64,000 nt of DNA, from the NCBI GenBank assembly GCA_041751875.1, contig JBGSIC010000026.1, positions 5,128-69,127 of the forward strand. Reading direction: 5' to 3'. Origin of the DNA: Bdellovibrionota bacterium. Lineage in GTDB: Bacteria > Bdellovibrionota > FAC87 > UBA2466 > JACKAF01. Within the stretch, counting starts at the first letter, position 1. Each line of letters starts with the position of its first letter. The position numbers and the translations under genes are program-made. The notes under the pieces were generated by a model that saw nothing but the letters and a program-made list of their open reading frames with translations, was not told the DNA's origin and ran no database searches. Shown here piece by piece: positions 26,971 to 34,632 of the stretch.

Positions 26971-27043
26971 ACGTTTCGGCGGTGCCTGCGCCCTTTCCGG
27001 CTGAAAGACGGAAAGGGACCTGGCACCTTCCCGGCCGAAACGT
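26971..27043. repeat. 73-nt nested palindrome (repeat-family copy B)
   Basis: The structure is ACGTTTCGGC-GGTGCC-tgcg-CCCTTTCCG-gctgaaaga-CGGAAAGGG-acct-GGCACC-(ttcccg bulge)-GCCGAAACGT. The inner 6+9-bp module is identical in its stems to 11277..11323. It lies in the divergent region between 26911 (-) and 27075 (+). Confidence 0.6.
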
Positions 27044-27074
27044 ACGAAACGCACCTCTAAAAAGGAAATCTACT

Positions 27075-28742
27075 ATGCGGAAAATATTGGGTTGGGGAAT
27101 TTTACTTTCGTTGTTCACGGTGCAGGCGCAAGCGGCACGGGTTTATCAGGTGAAAGTTTTGGAGAAGAAGGGCGGCGCGCTTGAACTTCTCAGTGAAGGG
27201 TGGGCCTCCGGAAGAACCGAAGCCACCATTTCAGAAGTGACCTACCCCCAGCAGGTTGTGGAACACCAGCAGCCCGACGCCAATCGAGTACTTGAGATCA
27301 CCGGATCAGATAGAGCGCAAGCCTGGGTTCATCTAGAGAAGCGCGGTTTAAGAATGGGTGCGGTGCCGCAAGATTTTAGAGATGGTACGCGAGAGGAAGT
27401 CCGCACTTTCGTTAATAGTGGGCCGAGCGCAAACCGTATCGACTTGGTTTTCATGGGCGATGGCTACACCGAGGGAGAGAAACAAAAGTTTTTCGATGAC
27501 GCCAAACGTCTGACAGATGAAATGTTTGTTGGAAAAACTTTTAGCACCTACCTACCTGTTTTTAACGTGCACGCGGTTTTCAAGCCGTCCAATACTTCCG
27601 GCATTGGAAAAGGATCGCCCAAGGATACTGCGTATGGTCTCTACCGTGAAGGCGTCACGCTTCGCGCAATTTTTCCCACAAATGCGAGTGCGGCTCGTCG
27701 CTCGTGCTCGCAAGCTCCCGGCTGCGATTACCCGATTATCATGGCAAATGATCCTTACTATGGTGGGTTGGGAGGAGAGTTTGCGATCACGACCAGTTCC
27801 ATCCAAAGTGGAACCAAGGTGCTTCGTCATGAGCTGGGCCATAACTTTGGTCGGGTGGGCGAAGAATATGATGGAGGGGGTTACTTTGGTGCGAACAATT
27901 CCTCTTCTCTAAATAGTGTGTCCTGGAAACATTGGTTGTCGGGAACCTTGCGTGCCGAACCCATGCAAGCACTGTACGTGGGTTGGCCTTGGCACAATCT
28001 CGACAAAGGTCCCTTCAAGGCCACGATGCGCAGTCAGGGAAATGCGGGCTTCTACGAAATTCAGTACGGGGCTGTGGGCATTGAGACCGACGACACCTTA
28101 GAAATGACATTCGGTGGGCAATCCATTCCCACTCCTTCGAATGGGCATCCGGATCGAGATTTTAAAGAGTTCTTCCACCAGGGTGGACTGAGTGCCGGAT
28201 CACACACTCTCGAGCTTAAGGAAAAGGTGACTGACGGCGACAACTGGCTCTCTGATTTGACGGTCTATGAATACGGTGCCGATTACAAATTCGATCCTGA
28301 ACATATCGGCGCCTATCCCGTTTTCATGAGCGCAGGCGTTGTCGGTGGGTATCGTCCCACGCATGAAACTTGTTTGATGCGGAACATGAACTCACACCGA
28401 TTCTGTTCTGTATGCAAAGAAAACAATTGGATGCACTTTCTCACCAAGATGACGATGGTTGACGACGTGGCAGTAACTCCCCTGGCCGATGGGAAGGTGA
28501 AGGTTCGGGTAAGCATTCCACCGCTAGGTCAGTTCCGTCCGACTCCTTTGGCTGGCGAAATGGTGGAGATCACGTGGAAGAAAGACGGGCAGATTGTTCC
28601 GCTCTTGATGAATCAGCAAGAATGGGAAGCCACCAGGGTGGAGTCCGAAGGTGACTGGTCGGTGAGCGTACGCTTCATCACACCGGAGGTGAGAAAAGAT
28701 CCTCGCAATTTGCTGACAGCGGAAGAAGAATTTTCCATCTAG
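27075..28742 (+). CDS. secreted zinc metallopeptidase, family M64 (IgA-peptidase-like)
   Basis: HELGHNFGRVGEEYDGG and DLVFMGDGYTEGE are present. I set the start at ATG 27075 (MRKILGWGILLSLFTVQAQA signal peptide), not the ORF-track extension from 26982. Confidence 0.85.
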   Translation: MRKILGWGILLSLFTVQAQAARVYQVKVLEKKGGALELLSEGWASGRTEATISEVTYPQQVVEHQQPDANRVLEITGSDRAQAWVHLEKRGLRMGAVPQDFRDGTREEVRTFVNSGPSANRIDLVFMGDGYTEGEKQKFFDDAKRLTDEMFVGKTFSTYLPVFNVHAVFKPSNTSGIGKGSPKDTAYGLYREGVTLRAIFPTNASAARRSCSQAPGCDYPIIMANDPYYGGLGGEFAITTSSIQSGTKVLRHELGHNFGRVGEEYDGGGYFGANNSSSLNSVSWKHWLSGTLRAEPMQALYVGWPWHNLDKGPFKATMRSQGNAGFYEIQYGAVGIETDDTLEMTFGGQSIPTPSNGHPDRDFKEFFHQGGLSAGSHTLELKEKVTDGDNWLSDLTVYEYGADYKFDPEHIGAYPVFMSAGVVGGYRPTHETCLMRNMNSHRFCSVCKENNWMHFLTKMTMVDDVAVTPLADGKVKVRVSIPPLGQFRPTPLAGEMVEITWKKDGQIVPLLMNQQEWEATRVESEGDWSVSVRFITPEVRKDPRNLLTAEEEFSI

Positions 28743-28751
28743 AGCAGAGGT

Positions 28752-29747
28752 TTAGCTGGGCTGTTTTCGCAGGGTGAAAAGTGTGACTTCACCCGGGGAG
28801 AAGTACCGAACGGGTAGAGCAATCGTGCCGGCCCCTGGACTGGTATATCCGATCATTTTTCCCTCACGCCAGAAACCGCTCGCACGTTTGCGACCCGCGG
28901 TGTGATGGGTAATGACGGGGTGTCCCCCTGGCAAGCAAATCTGTCCTCCGTGTGTGTGTCCCGCTAGGTAAAGGTCATAGCCCGCGGTCGCAGCAGGGTG
29001 ATAGAGCTCAGCCGAGTGCGCGAAGAGCATTTTAAAGCGGTCCGGAGTGTTACGAATCGCTTCGAGCGCTTGCTCCGTATAATAATAGTGAACGTCATCG
29101 ATTCCCGTGAAAATGACCTCTTCATCGTGTCGTCGAAGGGTAATCGTTTCGTTTGTGAGAACCCGCATGCCCATGGCTTCAAAGGTAGGCACCATATTCA
29201 CGGTGTCGTGGTTCCCCAATGTGGTGAATACCCCGTCTTTCGCCTGAATCGCACCCAGCACCTTTGCTAGCGGCGGTACAATCTGCTTGTAGCCGGAATC
29301 GACTCGTTCGCGGAAGTCACCCGTGAAAATGGCAAGGTCTACAGGTCCATCGAGCGTATGGATCGCACGTACCATGCTGTCATCAATGCCGGGCAGGAAG
29401 TCCAAGTGAAGGTCGGTGAGGTGCAATATTCGGTAGCCGTCGAACCGGCTGGGAAGATTCGGAAAATGAAGGTCGTGTTTCTGTAAGCGCAGGTTCAAGG
29501 CATTCTGCACGCCGCGACGATACAAGCCACTTGCTTTGAGTCCCAAACCGAAGACTTTAATGAGCTGTTCGAAGAGTTCCCAGCGGCGTTTGAAATTGCC
29601 ACCCTTAGGCTGTGATTTCGCGTGGATGCTTTCCAAAGCGGCCCGGCGAATCGCCCACAAGGTGCGGGAACTGGGAATAGACTGACCGAGTTCTGTCGGG
29701 CGTTGAACTTCGGGAACATTACCGGGAAAGAAGGGTGGGTTCTTCAC
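28752..29747 (-). CDS. metallophosphoesterase
   Basis: The motifs LHLTDLHLD, GDF, GNHD and GHTHGGQ occur in canonical order. Confidence 0.85.
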   Translation of the reverse strand: MKNPPFFPGNVPEVQRPTELGQSIPSSRTLWAIRRAALESIHAKSQPKGGNFKRRWELFEQLIKVFGLGLKASGLYRRGVQNALNLRLQKHDLHFPNLPSRFDGYRILHLTDLHLDFLPGIDDSMVRAIHTLDGPVDLAIFTGDFRERVDSGYKQIVPPLAKVLGAIQAKDGVFTTLGNHDTVNMVPTFEAMGMRVLTNETITLRRHDEEVIFTGIDDVHYYYTEQALEAIRNTPDRFKMLFAHSAELYHPAATAGYDLYLAGHTHGGQICLPGGHPVITHHTAGRKRASGFWREGKMIGYTSPGAGTIALPVRYFSPGEVTLFTLRKQPS

Positions 29748-29829
29748 TCTGTCTAGTGCCTCTACACTTAATAATAAAACATCTAGGAGCAGGTCTTTGC
29801 GGGTAACTCTAGCGGCGAATCAATAAAAA

Positions 29830-29905
<76 letters not shown>

Positions 29906-29973
29906 ACATAAAAACACGTTTCTGGAAGGCATACCCATACCAAACCGGTCTGAGCCTGGCAACTGAGCTGCAA

Positions 29974-31344
29974 TTAGGTACCTGTTTTCACCGGCTGCTC
30001 CAGCCCGTGGGCTAGGTGCACGGCGTTTCGGGTGCTCTTTTTTGCAGAGTACATGGCTTCGTCGGCCAGGCGTAAAAGGGTTTCGCGTTCGTTGGCGTGG
30101 TGGGGAAAGGTGGCTATTCCGATACTGACCGTCGTTTGAAGTCGCTGATCTTTGATATGAAAGATGCGCTTTTCTATGTTTTTGCGCAACCGCTCCGCAA
30201 TCACTCGGGCCGCCTCGGTATCCGAGTTGTGCAGAATCACCACAAATTCATCACCCCCGTACCGGAAGGCCGGATCGATTCCCCGAACCGCATTTTTTAC
30301 CGTTTTTCCGATGGCGACCAAGAACTCGCTTCCTACCACGTGACCATACTTGTCGTTAACCTGTTTGAAATGATCGACGTCAATAAAGAGAATAGAGAAG
30401 CACTGGTCTGGGCTGCGGCACTTCATAATCGCATTGGTAATCGCGAACTTCAAAAAGCGAGAGTTGTAGAGGCCGGTAAGATCGTCAATGAAGGTCTGTT
30501 GTTTGAGTTCGTCTAGTTTTTGCAAGTTAAGCAAGCACAGATCCCCGTGCTCCAAAATCATACTGGCAGTCGCTAAACGTTCTTTATCGACATCTCCCGG
30601 AATGCCCCAAAGCAGTACCGCGGCCTTGGGATAGTTCTGGCAAGGAAAGAGAAGGCGACTGGTTTTCGTTTTTTCGTCGTAAGTGACAACTGGCTTTTTA
30701 ATTCCCTCAGGAAACTTCTGATCCGGTACTTGAGCGAGGACCCGTGGCTTGGGAGTAGAGCGAGGCACCGTGCACGCGATTTCGGTCTGGGAGAATTTCT
30801 CCATATCACAGCCTAGCCAGGCCGCACCCTCGGCATGCATGAGCGACTGCATGTATTCCAAAGTGTAGAGCTGAACGAGCGTCGGCGTCGTGCAGCTCGA
30901 AATTTGTGTTACCGCCCGAATGAGTCCTGTGCGCGTGTCGGGAGGCGCCAGGCGTTGGATCATTTCTTGTTCTTGCTGGCATTTGCGAACACTCCAGGCA
31001 AGCTCTTCAGGACTCGAAGGTTTCAGCAAGAAATCGGCAAAGCCGCTACGAATACACTGCAAGGCAACTTGCGCGGAATCGGAAGCAGACAATGCGATAA
31101 GGTCGGCTGTTTGAAACCTTTTACGTAGTTGTTGCAGTTGCACTTCGACAGGTGCGCTTAAACAATCGAGATCGACGATGATCACGCCGGGATCATCTTT
31201 CTCGTAGTTGATGAGACTTAGATAGCGGGAAAACCAAACCACTTTCTCACACAAAGGCCAAAGCGCGTGCTCGTACGGATGGCGGATCTCGTCTGGCGGT
31301 TGCAGAACGAAGATACATTTCTTGTTGGTGATGGCTTCTGACAT
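29974..31344 (-). CDS. diguanylate cyclase with N-terminal receiver-like domain and central sensor (GAF-like) region
   Basis: The C-terminus has RGIDPAFRYGGDEF, i.e. an RxxD I-site five residues before the GGDEF motif. The N-terminal ~125 aa are REC-like (VIIVDLD, LLKP) but lack the usual N-terminal acidic pair. Confidence 0.85.
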   Translation of the reverse strand: MSEAITNKKCIFVLQPPDEIRHPYEHALWPLCEKVVWFSRYLSLINYEKDDPGVIIVDLDCLSAPVEVQLQQLRKRFQTADLIALSASDSAQVALQCIRSGFADFLLKPSSPEELAWSVRKCQQEQEMIQRLAPPDTRTGLIRAVTQISSCTTPTLVQLYTLEYMQSLMHAEGAAWLGCDMEKFSQTEIACTVPRSTPKPRVLAQVPDQKFPEGIKKPVVTYDEKTKTSRLLFPCQNYPKAAVLLWGIPGDVDKERLATASMILEHGDLCLLNLQKLDELKQQTFIDDLTGLYNSRFLKFAITNAIMKCRSPDQCFSILFIDVDHFKQVNDKYGHVVGSEFLVAIGKTVKNAVRGIDPAFRYGGDEFVVILHNSDTEAARVIAERLRKNIEKRIFHIKDQRLQTTVSIGIATFPHHANERETLLRLADEAMYSAKKSTRNAVHLAHGLEQPVKTGT

Positions 31345-31345
31345 A

Positions 31346-31380
31346 AACGATTCAAAACAGCTTAAGTGGTTTTGATCGTT
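31346..31380 (-). promoter_or_regulatory. hairpin abutting the diguanylate cyclase start codon
   Basis: The minus-strand RNA AACGAUCAAAAC-cacuuaagcu-GUUUUGAAUCGUU has a 12-bp stem with one bulge and ends 1 nt before ATG 31344. There is no purine-rich Shine-Dalgarno sequence outside the stem. Confidence 0.35.
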
Positions 31381-31455
31381 ACACTCTTCGGTGAGTTTGA
31401 GGCTAATATTTATGAACGCAGCGTCGAACTTTCATCCCCTATGTCGCGCTGCTTC

Positions 31456-34404
31456 TTATTCGCAGTAGGCCATGTCTTGAATGGTCTTCCCAGCGGGGTT
31501 GGCCAGCGTGACGGTAAGACAGTTCTGCATTCCCGGGAGGATCGGGCTACTGAGTTCGGATGTGGCAATGGGGAATGACACGCTTTGTCCAGATTCGATC
31601 AACGTCGTCATACCCGAGCTGATAGCAACCGGTGAAGCGAGAAATCGTTTATCGGTAAGTTTCACATTCCAAGAGCGGGGCGGGGTAATCGCAAACGCTC
31701 CCTGAATCTCCAGTTCTGACGCACCTAAGCAAAGCTCGGTGAGGTCAATCGCACTTTCCATTGCTAGTCCGCCTGAGGTCCCCACTGAGCCGTCCTCGCA
31801 AAATAGCGTGTAGGGATAGTCGGTCATCAGATCGTAGAATTGTTTTGCCGTGGAAACATGGAGGCTCAGAAGTGAAAACTTCTCAGCATCTTCTTCGGTC
31901 CAGCTGATGGGAACGCGTCTGCTGTTTCCCGTGATTTCTACGTCGGAAACTTCCTGTACATGAGTCAGCGCGACCGAAGGTTTTACCTTAGTTGCTTTAA
32001 AGTTATTTTGCACTTCGAGGTAGAATAGCTCGCCACCCACATCCGTTCCTTTGCGCATTTCCAAGCTATGAGCTTTCACCGTCAGGGAGATGTTGGCGGG
32101 AGTGAGATTGGTCGCTGGTGCTACGACATCAAGCTCATAGACGCCTGCTCGGTAAATATTCTTGGCAACGGAAAGTGGAGACTGAGGCATTCCGGCTTCG
32201 GTATCGGCGATATCTAGAATCGTGCGACCTTCTGGATCAAGGAGCTGCCCCCAAACCTTGGGACCATCCGATTCAATATCAACCGTGACAGCGGTGGTGC
32301 CGGCAGGAAGGTTAACAAAGAAGCGTTGCGTGTCGCCAACGCTCAACAAGCTTTGTTTGGTGAACCGGTATCCATTTTGCTCATCCAAAAGTGCAGGTTT
32401 GACAACAGTAACGGGAATCTCAAAAGCGATTTCACCGGTTGCTTCTTCAATGACAGTGATTTTTTCGGAGTATAAGCCGGGTTCGGTTAGGGCGGAATAG
32501 TCGAGAGCAACTTGAAAGTTTCGTGTGACGTTGTTCAGCCAGAAGGTTCCAGGAGTTTGAATCCAGCTCGCAGAAGCCTTCAGATCATAGGTGCGTAGAA
32601 AAAGTGCGGCGTCGGAAGAGGGAAGGTTTCTCGGTAGTTCCGCTTTCACATTCACAGTAAAGAAGTTCGCCGGCGCTGAAGCAGAGCGCACAAAAATGCC
32701 CGTTCCTCGTCCTGTCGGTGAAGTGGGACTATTGATGGACAAAGCATAGTCCACGGCAATTTCCCCTTTTAAGCGCTTAAGTACTTCTAGGGAGGCCGGG
32801 ACATTCATCAGTCCGTGACCCTGCTGGATCCAAGCCAAACCGGGGATGACTTTTGCGCCCGCATAAACGGCTCGAGTCATCAGCGCCCGTTCCGTAGGCA
32901 AGTGCGATTGTACCGCTGCGCTCATCAAGAGAGCGAGTCCACCTGAAACTTGAGGGGCTGACATCGAGGTGCCACGATAGTTTTCATGGCCGCCTGCCCA
33001 CACTGGTAAACTCGAGAGTGCACTGCCGGGAGCGGAAATGGTCGGTTTCCACCCACCATTGGTCTGGGGACCAACGGACGAAAAATACCAGAGGTTGTCT
33101 TGTTGAACGCCCAGATAACCGTAGTTCTTCTGCGCGGTTTCTTTGGAAACGTAGGCAGCCGGAGTGATGGCGAGCATCGCGCCTGCGGGGGTGCCTATTG
33201 TTTGAAGCCCTGGGCCTTCGTTGCCCGCGCTAATCGAGAACAGAACATCATGGTCTTTGGCAATTTTATCCACGTAGCGGTCAATGGCGCTTTGTCCAAG
33301 ATTGGAACCTGCTCGAATGCCATAACTGATATTGATAATCTTCGCTCCGTTCTTAACGGCATAATCGATGGCAAGCATTTTCGATGCGGTGGTGGTGGAA
33401 CCACCTGACAAACGGTTGTCTCCAATTTTTACCGCCATCACCTGGGCGCCTGGAGCGACACCTTGTAAACCATGCGCTTGGTAGCCAGCAGCGATTCCGG
33501 CTACGTGCGTGCCGTGGGATCCATTGTCAAAGCACAAAGTCGCCGATTTACCATCGTCGAAAATATTGATTGCACTTGAGAGCGTTTTCTTTGCACCCAA
33601 GCGAATGAAGGAGCGAGACTCCGAATAGTTGGAGACTTCAGTTTCGTTGCCAAAGTTTTTGTCACCATCGGTATCAACTTTCGCTCGCCATTTCCCATCG
33701 CGGAAATAGGTCACAACACCCATGTCAGCAAAAGTATCGTCATTATCCAAGGTGATCGTGCTGCCCTTGAACTCAGCGAAATGGTATTGATCGCCTTCGA
33801 CTTTGCCCAGGGAGTACTCTGTTCCATTGGGAGCTTGAAAAATCTCAGTCAGCGCTTCATTCACAGCTTGTAAAGAGACTTTCCCTTCTCCGGAGAAATC
33901 TTGAAAGTCGATGATCTTGTCATCGCCTGTGGATGTCTTTTTTAGCATCGGGTGATCAAGCTCGATACCGGTGTCGAGCACTGCCACAATGACTTTGCGT
34001 CCATCAAATTCGGGATTATTTTTGATGAATGTTCGTGCGCCGATTTCTTCCGCGGGCAGAAGCTTAAGAAGTGTGTCCAACTCGCCACTAGAGCGCGAGC
34101 GCTTTCCCTTCGGGAGCCCCTGCTCACGTTGGTTTGAGGTCGCAATCCCTTCGCATTCTAACGCGCTGAGTTTTTCGCTAGGAAGGTTCGTCATCAAAAC
34201 GCCGGATGTATTTTGGTAGAGAACCTTACCTTGATCTTGCTCTACTTTTACTGCGCAAGCTGAAGCCGAATCGCTCGAGCTACCGAAGAAAATAGATTGG
34301 ATTTGTTTGACGTCGACTTGTTCAGGCTGCGAAGGTGCGGATGAAGTGCAACCCGTAAGACAGAAAAACACCGCCAATAATAGAAGTGTGCCCCAAAAAT
34401 TCAT
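31456..34404 (-). CDS. subtilisin-family (S8) serine peptidase lipoprotein with tripeptidyl-peptidase-II-like architecture
   Basis: The catalytic triad motifs are VAVLDTGI (Asp), GSHGTHVAGI (His) and GTSMSAPQVSG (Ser). About 150 residues separate the Asp from the His. A C-terminal region of about 450 aa follows. The signal peptide has lipobox LTGC. I prefer ATG 34404 (GGGGGAG Shine-Dalgarno) over TTG 34422. Confidence 0.85.
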   Translation of the reverse strand: MNFWGTLLLLAVFFCLTGCTSSAPSQPEQVDVKQIQSIFFGSSSDSASACAVKVEQDQGKVLYQNTSGVLMTNLPSEKLSALECEGIATSNQREQGLPKGKRSRSSGELDTLLKLLPAEEIGARTFIKNNPEFDGRKVIVAVLDTGIELDHPMLKKTSTGDDKIIDFQDFSGEGKVSLQAVNEALTEIFQAPNGTEYSLGKVEGDQYHFAEFKGSTITLDNDDTFADMGVVTYFRDGKWRAKVDTDGDKNFGNETEVSNYSESRSFIRLGAKKTLSSAINIFDDGKSATLCFDNGSHGTHVAGIAAGYQAHGLQGVAPGAQVMAVKIGDNRLSGGSTTTASKMLAIDYAVKNGAKIINISYGIRAGSNLGQSAIDRYVDKIAKDHDVLFSISAGNEGPGLQTIGTPAGAMLAITPAAYVSKETAQKNYGYLGVQQDNLWYFSSVGPQTNGGWKPTISAPGSALSSLPVWAGGHENYRGTSMSAPQVSGGLALLMSAAVQSHLPTERALMTRAVYAGAKVIPGLAWIQQGHGLMNVPASLEVLKRLKGEIAVDYALSINSPTSPTGRGTGIFVRSASAPANFFTVNVKAELPRNLPSSDAALFLRTYDLKASASWIQTPGTFWLNNVTRNFQVALDYSALTEPGLYSEKITVIEEATGEIAFEIPVTVVKPALLDEQNGYRFTKQSLLSVGDTQRFFVNLPAGTTAVTVDIESDGPKVWGQLLDPEGRTILDIADTEAGMPQSPLSVAKNIYRAGVYELDVVAPATNLTPANISLTVKAHSLEMRKGTDVGGELFYLEVQNNFKATKVKPSVALTHVQEVSDVEITGNSRRVPISWTEEDAEKFSLLSLHVSTAKQFYDLMTDYPYTLFCEDGSVGTSGGLAMESAIDLTELCLGASELEIQGAFAITPPRSWNVKLTDKRFLASPVAISSGMTTLIESGQSVSFPIATSELSSPILPGMQNCLTVTLANPAGKTIQDMAYCE

Positions 34405-34513
34405 GACTCCCCCGAAACCCAAAAAACCCTAATCTATCGATGTCATAGCTTAGGTCTGATTGTCAAACCGCAACCCGTAAACAACACAGTCCCCACCATC
34501 TCAGTTCTGCTAA

Positions 34514-34529
34514 AGCAAGTTGTGTACCA
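34514..34529 (-). promoter_or_regulatory. sigma-54 type -24/-12 promoter candidate upstream of the S8 peptidase gene
   Basis: The minus-strand reading is TGGTAC-ACAAC-TTGCT, with one mismatch and canonical spacing. The predicted leader to ATG 34404 is about 100 nt. Confidence 0.45.
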
Positions 34530-34632
34530 GAATATTTTTTTCAGTTTGTGCGTGAAAGAATTTGGAAGTGAAAAAAATCGGAGCCTTTTCGATACCACCT
34601 TGTAAGGATTCCCGAATCGTAAATGTTTTATG

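Noticed and set aside
27021-27036. TGGCAC-CTTCC-CGGCC inside the 73-nt palindrome as a sigma-54 promoter for the M64 peptidase
   Set aside because: The -24 hexamer is perfect, but the -12 element (CGGCC versus TTGCW) is poor. The GGCAC is explained by the repeat-family stem sequence. I kept it only as a remark.
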